Positions 1 through 13,081 of a DNA stretch of 64,000 nt are shown piece after piece. Where the stretch lies: contig NC_043001.1 of assembly GCF_006345805.1 (NCBI RefSeq), forward strand, positions 119,474,001 through 119,538,000, in the 5' to 3' direction. The position numbers were made by a program, and so were the translations under genes. Each line of letters starts with the position of its first letter. Within the stretch, counting starts at the first letter, position 1. The notes beneath the pieces are model-generated. The model saw only the letters and a list, made by a program, of their open reading frames with translations, had not been told where the DNA came from and ran no database searches. The stretch comes from Octopus sinensis. Its lineage: Eukaryota.

Positions 1-1659
1 GTAATGTTCCCTGCAAGGATTATTAAGCACACGTAGCACAAGTAGGATTTGCGGGAAACAGATGTTGAGAATCAGTTCACCAGGTGAGGTTTGGGAGACC
101 CAGTAGCAGCTAGTATGAACAAAACTTGTAAACTTGCAGCTGTTGATCTGTATTCTTTGCTTTTGCTATCAGAACTGGAACATTGTCCCGTCCGCTGATG
201 TAGCTGGATATCATCATCAGAAAAACAAAATTTGTTTAAGAGCTCAGATCAAAAGTATGCATATTCTGTATGTTGTACGGAGAAGCGAAGATTTGCTTCT
301 AGCAGTTAAGCATGTATTTCCCATAGAGTGGTACTGTGACCAAATCGAAGAAAGAAGAATTATATGAAAGTTGAAATCTATTCTGTCTTCTCTTTAATAC
401 ACCAGAGAAGGAGACAGAAAAATGATTGCTAATACTTGTGCCAGGTGAAATCTGGTATTTGTCAGTTTCATAACCTTTTCTTTAAGCCCTACCTGAGTAC
501 CAACCTGAAAAAACTCACGTCAGTGCTTCCTTGTTAGAAAGTAGTCAGTCATATCTGCACTGTCGTATATTATGAGATGCACGTGAACTGAGCTGCCAAG
601 CATTGAATATCTTAGATACTGTTCAGTGCTAGTCACAGACACGAACGATTGACACATCTTCTCCTAGCAAGACTCTATAAATCTGACTGGTTTTGCATGT
701 GTGTGTGTACATGAAGCCTGGGTAATCGGCTGAGATTTGGTTTTTGTAATCAGACAATTATAAAAAACAGCAGACTGGCCGTCAAAACTCTCAGCGTAAA
801 AGAAGTGATCCATTTTCTCAAGTGACATTAGTTGTTCGGTGTTCTTGCATAAAAAGGTTAGAAATATGTTTTATACTTGTTCTTATAAAGTATGAGCTAA
901 AGTAAACAGATATAGATATTTATGTATTCTTCACAGACGAAGATAGACGTACAGTTTTGTGTTCGTGGGTGAGTATACACAGTGATGCAAATACACTCAT
1001 AAACATATGCATCACATGTGTATGTATATAATATACATGTATGTAAACATATATGTATATGTGTGTATGTGTATGAGCGCAGGCGCGCGTGCGTGTGTAT
1101 GTGTGTTTGTGTATATGTATAAGCATAGGTATATATATATTTATTTATATTTATTTATATTATGTAAGTATGTATATATATATATAGCCATATAAATATT
1201 CACACGCAAACTATATATGTATGTATGTGTGTACATATATATATATATATATATACATATACATACATACACATATACACATACACACACATTTATGTAT
1301 ACATATATACATACATACATACATACATACATACATACATACATACATACACATACATACATACATACGTCTATTGTCTGAGTGTGTGTGTGAGTAAGAA
1401 GGAAAATACAAAGAAATAAAAGATTCTCTAAAATCTACGTTCTCGCCAAGAAGGAATGATGTTTTTCATATCCTATCTTTTATTTTTGCGTTACAAGTTT
1501 TGTATATGAAGATACGAAGTGTGTCCGAAATGATGAGCTTTCATGCAACCAGACAAATCCTCATTGCTTGGATGCACTTGATCACGACAAGGTGTTGAAC
1601 TTTAGTTACCTAATCGATCAGGAGTGGCTGTATGTGACCGCCGGACCAGTTACAAATTA

Positions 1660-1822
1660 CAGGCTTGCCCACGCAGTTAAGAAGTTTGTTTTGTACTATG
1701 TGCTCTTGAGTTCGACATCACTGCGCGGCACCTTGCACAAGTGTCTTACTACTATAGTTTCGTGTGGACCACTATAGCTTGTGAGAGGAATTTGAGAGAT
1801 GGAACTGTGTGGAAGTCGGTCT
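1660..1822 (+). mobile_element. SINE family A 5' half, degenerate
   Basis: CTGCGCGGCACCTTGCACAAGTGTCTTACTACTATAG..TTGTGAG.GGA.TTG matches the family A body. Confidence 0.6.
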
Positions 1823-2137
1823 CACTCACATGCACACATGCACGGGTGTGTGTGTGTGCGTATATAATGTGTGTCCCTATATGTGTTATATGTATATGTA
1901 TATTTTGCAGGACAAGAACATAAATATCGATGGGAAAACCAATAAACTGGTACTTTTGAATAAAAATATCCATTAAAATTTGTTCCTCTTACGGCACTCT
2001 TGCCGTTGTATATGCAATGAAGCAATGATGGATCTGCTCAAAACCTGTGATCAACGCCGCTTTTATTCACAAAATGCGATATTATTAGAAGAAAATTATT
2101 GTTGCTGAAATCACACCTCATCGTCCTAAATGAAGAA

Positions 2138-3033
2138 TACTTGATTTGATCAATAAGTATCCGGACTGCTGCTATATTAATGAACCTAAAGCAGGAAGAG
2201 TAAAGCTACTTGGTGCATATTGACTTTGGACTTTGCTGTGCATGCGCACTAAGTTTTAACGTTTTATCTTTCTTTTACTGTTTACAGCAGTGCTGTGAAG
2301 GAAGGGGTGTAACGTGTGATCGTCACAATGACCATGACATAGAAAGCTGAGCAGATAATCTGCATCAAATTTTGTCAAAAGCTTGTCGATACTTGCTCAA
2401 AATCATACACAAAGTTTTCAAAAAGTTTTCATCGTTCTCGACACAATCAAGGAGGTCTTGTGCAACTAAAACCCCGAATGTCTTTTTAGTCAGCCGAAAG
2501 CAGTTTGGCACAATCTTGGCAGACGTGTGTCTCATACCCAAATCTTCAGTGATAATGGACTGAACTGAACCGTAACTACTCTACACATTCTCTGATAACT
2601 CACGGATGGTAATTCGACGATTTCCTCTCTCAGCTGCATGCACATCTGCTATGTTTTCCTCAGTTCTGCTGGTTGCGGGTCTCCCAGAACGTTCGTCAAT
2701 ATCAACATTTTCGGCCATCTTGAAAACGTCTGAACGACTCGTACACTCGTATGCGGCTCATACACTCCTCTCCATACACTTTCTGCAATTTTGCGCAGAC
2801 CTCTGAACAGGTATCACCATCACAACGTTCTCTGTCATGGTCAATGCGACGATCAAACGCTACACACCTTTTTTCAAACACTGCTGTAAACAGCGGAAGT
2901 GAGTTAGAATTTTAAAACTTAGTGCGCATGCACAGCAGCGTTCAAGATCAACGTGTGCCAAGCGGCTTTACTCTGTGTGGTTTAGCTTGGTTACTATGGC
3001 AACAGTCCGGTTACTTATTGATCAGACTTCGTA
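2138..3033. mobile_element. Non-autonomous mariner fold-back derivative (two left ends in inverted orientation), copy 1
   Basis: TIR TACG.AGTCTGATCAATAAGTA.CCGGACTG at both ends. The plus arm encodes MTMT.KAEQIICIKFCQKL. The minus arm encodes the mariner N-terminus (KVYGEECMSRI.VYE.FKRFQDG..DERSGR..RRITIRELSE..IITEDLGMR). Junction at about 2412-2416. Confidence 0.88.
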
Positions 3034-3060
3034 TATTGGGTAATATTCTAGATATCATCA

Positions 3061-5175
3061 TCATTGTTCGACCGTGGTCGAGACAATGGAATTTACTATG
3101 TTACGCCAGACTTCACGGTCCATCATAGCATTACGGAGGTCCTGTTGCTGGATGCCTGTATCCCTGGAGATTACATTAGGGTAGGAGAGTGTGCGCCTTC
3201 TGGTATTGCGAGTAGATGGCTTCCAGAGGAGAAGAGTAGAAATTACTTCTTTTTCAGCTCTACAACAATGTCCAGCAAACTGGACTCTCCTACCTTTCAC
3301 AAGAGATGACACAGGTGGTAGTTTCCCATATATTTGCATTTTGGTTGGATGGCGCTTCCACGAGAGGTTTTGAGCTCTCATAAGGGGGCGAGTGTAGGTT
3401 CCATCCAACCGCCTCTCAAGCTTCTTTGATAACGTCCAGGTTTCTGAGCCATATAGTAGAATTGGTTCGACTGTGGCTTTGAATATTTCAAGTTTGAAGT
3501 CTCTACTTAGATTTGATGACCAGATCTTATGCATGTCATTACAGGCTGACCAGGCCATACCCTTTCTAGTTAGAAAATCTTTTCCAGATGATGATATGTA
3601 TGACCCAAGATATTTGTAATCAGAAACCATATTTAAGGGCGCATTGTTGAGAGTGTGGATGATGCAATCACTGTTGGACAGGCACTTGTTTACGTATTCA
3701 GTCTTGGCCTCATTGAGGTAAAGACCTACACAATTTGAGGCTTGTTCGAGAGATTGTAAAAGAGACTGGGCATTGGAGAGAGAATCACTGATAAGAGCGA
3801 TGTCGTCAGCAAAGTCAGTGTCTGTCAAGTACTCAGCTGGGTGTCTGGAACTTCTTCTTGGTTTTATTTCAAAGCCCTTGCCAGAGATGGTATCAACTGA
3901 CATACGTAGCACATAATCAACAACAATGATGAAAAGAAATGGGGCGAATGTGTCTCCCTGCAGTATTCCGGCTTTGATTGAGAAAGATGATGTTTCTCCA
4001 TCAGGAGTTAAGATGGTTGAAGACGTATCTGTGTAGAGGACCTTGATGGCAGAAATAATTTTGTCTGGTATCCCATAGAGCTTAAGGATTTCAAACATCT
4101 TGTACCTATCTACAGAATCGAACGCTTTAGAAAAGTCTACAAATACCATTGCAAGATCGCGATTAAATGCTTTTGATTCTTCAATAAGTCTGCGCAGGCA
4201 TAGTATCTGGCTCAGCGTTGAGCGCCCATGTCTGAATCCATTTTGGTTCTTTCGGAGCAAAGGTTCAACAAAAAGGACAAGACGATTTAGGATCAGTTTG
4301 TTGTACAATTTTGCAGCAATTGACATTAGAGATATACCCCTGTAGTTGGTGACGAGGGATAAATCGCCTTTTTTGGGTATTGGAATGATTTGAGATTGGT
4401 GCCAAATCTTTGGAGCGACAAAGGTGGAAAGTGTGTGGTTGCAGAGTTTGAGCAAAAGTGTGTGAAATCTATCATCCTTCCAAATTACAGCTGGGATGTT
4501 GTCGGGACCAAATGCTTTCGAGGCTTTTAGTTGCTTGGTGGCTGCTGTTAGTTCAAATATGGTAAAAGGAGAGGTGTTGATGTCCAGCGTGTCTGATATA
4601 GGCACACTTGGAAGAGTGGGGTTATCAGGGATTTTGGCATTCTTCCCAAGGAGGTTTTTAAAATGGGTTGACCAATTTTCTAAACGCTTCTTAGCTGATC
4701 CCCCTTTAATTCTAATTGATGACCCAGAATTTTTGCCTGATAGGTCTTTGATGGATTTCCAGGCGAGATGGTGTTTTTTACTAATGTGCTCTTTCGATAG
4801 TTTACTAATTTTGCCATTGATAAATTCGACCTCGGCGTTCAAGTAAGCCTCATCAAGATTCTTCCTGGCAGCTATGAGTTGGATCTTCAGTGACTGGGAT
4901 GGAGAACGGTGGTAAGCTAGTGATATAGACTTTAGATGGTTTCTGGCTTCGATGACATTTGGGGAATTAGAAGGTTTGCTCGGGCCCCTACTCTTCTTTT
5001 TGGGAAGAGTAGCCAGTGCAACTTCCTCTGTTGATTTGATGAGGCTGCTGTATACTTCTTCAATGTTCTCAGCATCTATTTCAGAAGTAGACAGAGATTG
5101 AAATGTGTTATAGACCTTAATAGTAAATTGTTTGGACATATCGGGGTTAGATAAGACTTCCTTCCAGTCGATCAT
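3061..5175 (-). CDS. RTE-type reverse transcriptase ORF (704 aa, N-terminally truncated/frameshifted)
   Basis: Motifs KAFGPDNIP, IIPIPKKGDLS..NYRGISL, QNGFR, FVDFSKAFDSV, GILQGD, FADD, YKYLG, LLYGSETW, FAGH, DREVWR. Confidence 0.93.
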   Translation of the reverse strand: MIDWKEVLSNPDMSKQFTIKVYNTFQSLSTSEIDAENIEEVYSSLIKSTEEVALATLPKKKSRGPSKPSNSPNVIEARNHLKSISLAYHRSPSQSLKIQLIAARKNLDEAYLNAEVEFINGKISKLSKEHISKKHHLAWKSIKDLSGKNSGSSIRIKGGSAKKRLENWSTHFKNLLGKNAKIPDNPTLPSVPISDTLDINTSPFTIFELTAATKQLKASKAFGPDNIPAVIWKDDRFHTLLLKLCNHTLSTFVAPKIWHQSQIIPIPKKGDLSLVTNYRGISLMSIAAKLYNKLILNRLVLFVEPLLRKNQNGFRHGRSTLSQILCLRRLIEESKAFNRDLAMVFVDFSKAFDSVDRYKMFEILKLYGIPDKIISAIKVLYTDTSSTILTPDGETSSFSIKAGILQGDTFAPFLFIIVVDYVLRMSVDTISGKGFEIKPRRSSRHPAEYLTDTDFADDIALISDSLSNAQSLLQSLEQASNCVGLYLNEAKTEYVNKCLSNSDCIIHTLNNAPLNMVSDYKYLGSYISSSGKDFLTRKGMAWSACNDMHKIWSSNLSRDFKLEIFKATVEPILLYGSETWTLSKKLERRLDGTYTRPLMRAQNLSWKRHPTKMQIYGKLPPVSSLVKGRRVQFAGHCCRAEKEVISTLLLWKPSTRNTRRRTLSYPNVISRDTGIQQQDLRNAMMDREVWRNIVNSIVSTTVEQ

Positions 5176-5416
5176 TTTGATCGGGTGAGGCTTAGTTTTT
5201 TGGATGAGCGAAGACTAAGCTTAACGGTAGCTGATACAATTCTGTGGTCAGAGCCGACAGAACTAAAAGAAGAGTAGGATCTCGAGTCTTTAACACTATT
5301 GCGCCATTTCTTTCGAAAGATGAGGTAGTCAATTTGTGCCCTATCACCAAGTGGGGACTCAAATGTCCAAAGTTGACCTTTTGGTTTCATAAAAGAATTG
5401 TTGGAGGTGTAGAGAT
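5172..5416 (-). pseudogene. C-terminal part of the APE endonuclease of the same LINE (frameshifted relative to RT)
   Basis: WTFESP.GDRAQIDYLIFRKKWRNSVKDSRSY...SDHRIV matches the IDY...SDH catalytic motifs of APE domains. Confidence 0.85.
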
Positions 5417-5945
5417 TAAAATAAAATAAAATATTCTAGATATACAGAAAGATGGGTTGGTCGCAATTAGAACGCCTTTGATTATAAGCCTGTTTGATCA
5501 GGGCTGGTGTTTAGCAAAAACGACTATAACAGCTTTTTCTGCCCCACTGAAAGAATTCTAGGCAGTAGATACAATTTATACTACTACTACAAGCATCCAG
5601 TAATATACGTAACACTAGTTTGTTTTGTAAAAGTACAAGGTGATTTATTTTAAAACACATGGGAATAGTTCGTGAGACTTATGCTTTTGCTATGAGTAGC
5701 CTTCGTGAAGTAGAAACCTTTTGAAGGAAATGAAGCATTATGTATTTTCAATTGCTTGGAACTTAACGGGTACTCGATGACTCTCGTTGCATAAGCAGAG
5801 TAGTGGTTATTCTGTTTACCCCATCTTTATAGAAATGAAAATCCAAAATGGGTTTTAAACTAAGACTGTAAAGAACTTAATAAAAAAACCATTACATACA
5901 TCTTATCCGCTACACGTCCGTTCCTACTACTTTATTGTCCAACAG

Positions 5946-6066
5946 GATTTCAATATTTCCCAGGAAGATTGTTTGATTTTCCCACCTTTTGTACAGTTGT
6001 AGGAATGCCACTAGATAGTCAATGTCAGCAGCTCTTAGTAAATTTAATGCTGCAAATATGCGAAGA
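5946..6066 (+). other. Candidate 121-bp internal coding exon of an unidentified host gene
   Basis: Pyrimidine-rich acceptor TTCCTACTACTTTATTGTCCAACAG|G, donor GA|GTGAGT, and one open frame (FQYFPGRLFDFPTFCTVVGMPLDSQCQQLLVNLMLQICE) in non-repetitive sequence; no protein recognised. Confidence 0.25.
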
Positions 6067-6669
6067 GTGAGTGAGTGAGAAAGAGAGAGAGAGATGGGGA
6101 GGAAAAATAATATTAGACCCAACTCAGTGTTTTAATGGAAGGTAACTCTGGGCATTTTCCCGCTTATTGTGATTCGGTCAATTGAACGTCTAGCTACACT
6201 GCTGCATGTGGAACTTAAAGCGAACGAATCGCAAAATAAAATATTCAGACATGTGTACTTGTTGGTGTCGAAAAATTATATTATTTAGAAATTAAATAAT
6301 CCTATTGTTATTTGTTGATTTTGGCATTACTGCTGTTGTCTACTTTATCGTTTTTTTTTCTTGATTTATTATTTATCTTATTGCAATTATCATTCTAGCT
6401 AGACATCACTGAGTCGATGTCAAGCCATTTGGGCATTTCTTACACAGAAAACTATAGCCAATTATGCTTAATGTCTCATAAACTGATCCCCAGAGTTACT
6501 ACATACACATAGTAGTGTCCTGTTATTGTGGATATCAGGGGATGCTAGATGCATTTGGTGAGGAATTTTCTTCTCGCATTGCAGTCGTTTTTGCTTTATT
6601 TCCAATTTGGTTTGATTTCTAGTATTCTACATATACTTAGACTTTGGGTTTTACGATGTTTACTGTTTC

Positions 6670-6769
<100 letters not shown>

Positions 6770-6785
6770 TATATAGATAGATAGA

Positions 6786-6946
<161 letters not shown>

Positions 6947-6976
6947 TCGAAGACTGAAATTTATGTCATTACAATT

Positions 6977-7101
6977 CTTCAGTTCCGATCGTTTCGACAC
7001 TACATGGAATATACATTTTATGAAGATGAACATGAATATGAATATAAACGAATTTGTAATAATAGAATATATTAATGTAAACTCATCTCCTCAAACAAAA
7101 G
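6977..7101 (-). ncRNA. Decayed hammerhead ribozyme (two core substitutions)
   Basis: Minus strand reads CUUUUGU-UUGAGGA-GAU[92-nt domain]GUC-GAAA-CGAUCG-GA-ACUGAAG. Stem I pairs 6 of 7 and stem III has the palindromic CGAUCG. C3 is changed to U and U16.1 to G. Confidence 0.45.
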
Positions 7102-7568
7102 TTTAAAATAGTATTACAGTTGCATGTTTTCAATTCCGCTTCAATCTTTCAACCAGACAAAGCAGCCTATCATCACTTTCGCTTTCTACACTTTCTAAAA
7201 CACCCACTTTCTTTCATTTATTCTTTTCAAGAAAAGTAACTTAAAGTCCTATGTTTCTCTTAGTTTATATTTTAAATAACGTTAACATTTATAAAATGGA
7301 AAATAAAGAAATTTATGAGGTGGAAAGTAATAAATTTGCGCAAAACTTTTAACAAAGTTTGACTAACATATCCCTTTCACATCAGTTGTAACAATTGTCA
7401 ATAGCACTTCTCTAACTCAATATGTTTAGTCATGATCCATGTTATTGCAAACTTATGCGTTCATCTCGCATGAATTTTCGTATTTTCTTTTGTCAAGTAC
7501 GATTTCAAAGATAACAAAATAACCCGCTTGTCCTACACTACATGCATACATACATGTTTACATATACA

Positions 7569-7630
<62 letters not shown>

Positions 7631-7631
7631 C

Positions 7632-7665
<34 letters not shown>

Positions 7666-8124
7666 GTCTGTCTGTCTGTCTGTCTGTCAATCTATTTGTG
7701 TGTGCGTGTGTGTGTAATAGGCAAGCTTAAAACCAGCTCGAATATGTTATCGTGGATAAAAATAATTCTCACATAGTACAAAAACGTCTTTAAAAAACGA
7801 TAGTCAGCTCAGAGCGCCCTCACCTGGACTGATGCATAAATTCCGAACTCATCAGCGCTTTTAAGCATCCTATATAAAGAGAAGCGACTCTGAGCTGATT
7901 AGATTGCTTTGCTTTCTTTATTGTAAATCAGTCAATATCATTCAATGACCGCACACATAGACTGTCAGTCCGTAATAAATTCGTGGGTTGGTGTGTGAAG
8001 CAGATATGGAAAAAGTGCAAATAGGTTTCAGAGATATTTAAACACTAAAGGCTTTTCATTACAGTTTGTCGTGGAGAAAAAATTCCCACTTTAGACCAAA
8101 AGATATATATGCATTTGTGAGAGA

Positions 8125-8174
<50 letters not shown>

Positions 8175-8175
8175 A

Positions 8176-8206
<31 letters not shown>

Positions 8207-8626
8207 TCGTGCGTGTGTGATCGCGTGTTGATGTGTGTTCGTATGCACGTGTTTGTGTATGCGTCGCTACAAAGAGGAGCGTTACTGAAAGTGTAAAAAG
8301 TGAAAGCGATGGTCAGCTGTTTGTGCAGTCAACACACTGAAACGGATCGGAAAGAAGAAAATCATTTTCTTAGCTTTGGGTGAAAAGCGAAACATTCTTA
8401 ACCTAACATTGTTACACGTCCTGCGAAACTGCACTAATCCCTAATTTACATAAAAACTACCAATAAATAAATAAAATAAAATAGCGTGCTTAGACTTGGG
8501 TCGCATCCCATTGCTATCCCATTTTATCCATACAAATATATGATCGTTGCGAAATCTAAAAATACCAGATACCAGGAACAGTTCCGATCGCAAGCTTTTT
8601 GGATAAACGATTGTTAACAAGTGTAT

Positions 8627-8693
<67 letters not shown>

Positions 8694-8850
8694 GTGTGTT
8701 TGTGTGTGTGGTGTGTTTGTATTCGTGTATGTATATATGTATATATATATATATATTCTTTTAGTACGTTTCAGCCTTGAGGCTGTGGCCATGCTGGGGC
8801 ACCGCCAGTGTTTTAAATATGGAACGCTTCAGGAATTTGCGTGTCATCGC

Positions 8851-10060
8851 TTGTCTGTTGTTATTGACGATAATCAAGAACATCAGATGGGAGAAGACGG
8901 GGCACTGCGTGTTTGGCTGTGGCCAATCTGTCTGATGCATACTCGAAAGGCTCTGTCGCATGTCGGGCACTGGTGGTCTGCGGGGACTAAAGACAGGGAG
9001 TTGGCTCTAGACTTGTTTTGAACTGTTTTGTTTGCAGGAGTGGCACCTCTGCTGGTGCAGCTTCGCCAGTCAGGATAGTCTAGCACTTGTGTTTCCCATC
9101 TCAAAGCTTTTGAATGAGGCTTTGAGCATGTGCTTCAAGTGCTCTTTCTCTCCAACATGTGTGCGTCTGCCCTCCGCCAATTCGCTATAAAACAGTTTCT
9201 TGAGGATGCGTGTGTCGATCATTCGAACAAAATGGATTGTCCATCTGACTTAGACACTCCGCACCGTCTAGATGCTTGGCAGATTAGCACGAGAGAGGAC
9301 CTCTGTATCTGGGACCTTGCATCCTCAGGTGATTTCGAACAGCTTTCAAACAGTTCGTTTGGAAGCAGTTTAGTTCAGGGCTTGATTTTCATAAACGATC
9401 CATGTCTCACAGGCGTCCTGGGAGTTGGCTTGCTACACAATCAGCTTGATGACCAACCTAATATCTCCTACACTCATGCAGTCACCCGAACATTGAGCTT
9501 CCCTTGGCGATGTGTATATCGTCCTCATTGTCAATTTCCACACATCTGGATAGTGTGTTGCCGAGATACTTGAACTTATCAGCAGCCTTTAGGGTTCCCC
9601 CTTCGACAGTGATAGCTAGTTCCACATACATTTTCTGCGGGGCAAGTTAGTACATGACCTCTGTCTTCTCAGTACTAATTGTGAATCCGAAATAGTTGCC
9701 TGGCAGTGGAAAAGCAGTTCATGCTCTACAGCATCTGGGCTTATGTAGCAGCGATAAGTACGCACTCGTCTGAGCTTTGTTCCCCCTTTGTCTTGGCCTG
9801 TAGCCTCCGCTAGTTTAAGAGTTTCTCATCGGTCCTACATCTGATCTTGATGTTACTTTCACCGTCACTGCAGAAGACGTTCCTGAGAACATTATGCTGA
9901 ACAGCGGAGGTACGAGCATACAGTTAGAAACTGGGAACGCATCGGAAGAATCTCCGTTGTCCAGTACCCGAACGAACATGCAGTCTGCAACTGTCGCACG
10001 CACCATGCTGATGGATTTATCCAGGCAGCCAAACTCTCTCCATGATCATTCCAAAGCCCT
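8851..10060 (-). mobile_element. Degraded 5'-truncated RTE (BovB-like) LINE fragment
   Basis: Broken RT segments FGCL.K..MVR...M.VRVLDNG.SSDAFPV, then DYPDWRS and a C-terminal CPTCDRAFR..I..I.HSQT zinc-finger-like tail; many stops and frameshifts. Confidence 0.8.
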
Positions 10061-10236
10061 AATTGAAAGATTTGGCAAAAAGTGTACGTATTTTTTGATT
10101 TCCCCTAGTATCTTAGCAAACGGTGTGTCGTGTCGTTCACATATTCCCAAACAATATGGACGTGGCCTATCATCACTAATATGAGCCCCCAACTCCACCA
10201 CCACCACATCCACCATCACCACAACATCCACCGTCG

Positions 10237-10283
<47 letters not shown>

Positions 10284-10399
10284 GCCACTGCTGCTACTGC
10301 CACTGGTGCTACAACTGCTACTACTATCGTCATCATCAATATCATCATTATCACGAACTAAGTAGTGTGGTGATGGCGATGGTGATGACAGTAACGTTG

Positions 10400-10439
<40 letters not shown>

Positions 10440-10464
10440 GGACAGTAGCAGCAGCAGCAGTAGC

Positions 10465-10509
<45 letters not shown>

Positions 10510-10686
10510 TGTAGTAGTGGTAGTGATGGCAGACGGTAGTAGGTATTGTTTCCTCGCAAGTCATTTTCTGATTAAACGAGCCCGTTGATGGAAGGTTTTC
10601 CAGTCGTGCCCGCCGCCCCGAGTGTGTCTGGGACCACACTATTTCAGAGGTGACGGAGACTTGATTGCAATATTTAGCAAGACGTA

Positions 10687-10901
10687 AAACTGCACGCTTG
10701 CAGAATCGTTAACAAGCCGGGCAAACGGCTTAAGGCTCTTCGTCCGTCCTTACGTCCTGAGTTCAAATTCCGCCGAGGCCAACCTGGGCTTTTTTATCCT
10801 TTCGAGGTCGATAAATTAAGTACCAGTTGAGCACTGGGGTCAACGTAATCGACTTATCCTTCCCCCCGAAATGACTGGCCTTCTGCCAAAATTTGAAACT
10901 A
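10687..10901 (+). mobile_element. SINE family B (MetaSINE-like central domain)
   Basis: CAGAATCGTTA..CCGGGC..GCTTA.., GAGTTCAAATTCCGCCGAGG, TTTATCCTTTCGAGGTCGATAAATTAAGTACCAG. The MetaSINE assignment is from recall. Confidence 0.75.
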
Positions 10902-11048
10902 GTGTTTAGCAAGTCGAGCGATAATGTTGAGTCACGTTTAATGACTCGAGTTATTACGGAAAGTGGTAAAAGATGAGTAGTGAGTGGAAGTTGGGGTAAG
11001 ATGAGTACTACTCCTGCCATTGCAACCACCACTGCAACAACAACAACA

Positions 11049-11108
<60 letters not shown>

Positions 11109-11115
11109 ACTGTCC

Positions 11116-11177
<62 letters not shown>

Positions 11178-11964
11178 ACTACTATTGCTACTACTGCTAC
11201 TACAGACCAGTCGGTACAAATACTAAAGACAGCAGCAAATTCTTTCTAAATTAATATTCTACCGTCTCAGACAAACGAGAACTGATTGGTTCTGATTGAT
11301 TCGGGAGTAACTCTGCAAAAAAACAAAAACAAAACAAAACCAAAGAATCGACGAGAAGATCTCAACTGGAACGCCTTTGATCAATTAGGGTTTGTGCAGC
11401 CAGATTTGAGTTCAATGTGAATCAACAATAAACACAATTACTATGACTACGGAGAAACTGAGCATGGTCACTGAACATGCTAGAAATAGCAGCCAAAGTC
11501 CGTTAAATTACACCATAGTCCTAGAAGACAGAACGACAGGAATGAGTTTCGTCCTGAGTCTTGCTCGATCTGGGTTGACCTGTGATCACAAAAGCAACTC
11601 TAACTGGGAGCCTCTCACAGTTACTCAAATTGCTGGAAATAGCAGCCATATCTGCCTTAATATACTATCGAAAAAAACACTGAACAATGCATTGGATAAT
11701 GGAGTCCTAGATACACTTGTGCGATATAACCATGACTGAATCACTTTTGCTCCGCTAGACAAAGCTGACACGCGGCTAAACTACTACTACTACTACTACG
11801 GCTGCTGCTGCTGCTACAACTACTACTGCTGCTGCTACAACTACTACTACTACTACTACTACTAATAATAATAATAATAATAATAATTCTGCCACTGCCG
11901 ACCACCACTACGACCACTATTACTACTACGTGTGTAGTAGTAGTAGTAGTAGTAGTAGTAGTAA

Positions 11965-11997
<33 letters not shown>

Positions 11998-12011
11998 TAG
12001 TAGTAGTAAGT

Positions 12012-12047
<36 letters not shown>

Positions 12048-12084
12048 TTTAGTAGTAGTAGTAGTAGTATAGTAGTAGTAGTAA

Positions 12085-12209
<125 letters not shown>

Positions 12210-12319
12210 CTGCTACAATAGTTTAGTGTTGATTTTATCGCTTGTCTGTGTTAAAGTGAACAGACTGTGTTAAATCTTTAAATATTACAACACGGTTTCA
12301 AACTCCGCCAGGTGTACAC

Positions 12320-12392
<73 letters not shown>

Positions 12393-12410
12393 TTATCTAT
12401 CTATCTATCT

Positions 12411-12756
12411 AAAAAAAAAAAGAAATATAACATGTGACTTCATTGACCGAGGTTACCGTGGTCTTTTCCGTAGGCTTTTCTTTCCACGGTTAAACCTCAC
12501 CTGTCCTCCCCTTTACACTTCATATTGACATTTCTGTGATTACGATCCCTATTGATCAACTTCTTTTTTTTTCCTCTCCCTTTTTCTTTTTATTTCCCTC
12601 TCCCCCCTTTTTTTAAAAATCCTCCCCTTTTTTGTCCTCTTTCTTTCCTTTTACGATCCCTTTTGATCAACCCCCTCTTTTTTACCTCCAAAAGAAAAGC
12701 TCTACCTTGTAATTTGTTCTGTCTGTGTGCAGCCCTGTGTGGCTAATAAAGAAACA

Positions 12757-12758
<2 letters not shown>
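12411..12758 (+). mobile_element. 3'-UTR-only Tx1-like retroposon inserted in (TCTA)n
   Basis: Shares CCGTGG..CTTTT..TTTCCACG..TAA and the terminal GTGGC.AA.AAAGA motif with the Tx1 3' UTR at 52361-52600; (ATCT)n on both sides; second copy at 23980-24172. Confidence 0.65.
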
Positions 12759-12807
<49 letters not shown>

Positions 12808-12841
12808 CTATCTATTATCTATCAATCTATCTCTCTCTCTA

Positions 12842-12905
<64 letters not shown>

Positions 12906-12992
12906 CGTGTGCGTGTGTGCGTGTGTATATACAAATATATATATACATACATATATATATACATATATATATATACCTATATATATATATAC

Positions 12993-13027
<35 letters not shown>

Positions 13028-13040
13028 ATATATATATATA

Positions 13041-13081
<41 letters not shown>

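Larger units (their letters stand above)
3056..5429 (-). mobile_element. 5'-truncated RTE-clade non-LTR retrotransposon with 14-bp target-site duplication
   Basis: Identical AATATTCTAGATAT at 3042-3055 and 5430-5443. The 3' end is a short (TGA)3 tail that begins at the ORF stop codon. RT ORF plus a frameshifted upstream APE endonuclease remnant. Confidence 0.93.

Noticed and set aside
1-700. Possible degraded CR1/jockey endonuclease region
   Set aside because: Only vague similarity across several frames; no diagnostic motif intact.
4100-4846. Plus-strand ORFs overlapping the RTE RT (also small antisense ORFs over the R4/Dong elements)
   Set aside because: Antisense shadows of real RT frames; no independent motifs.
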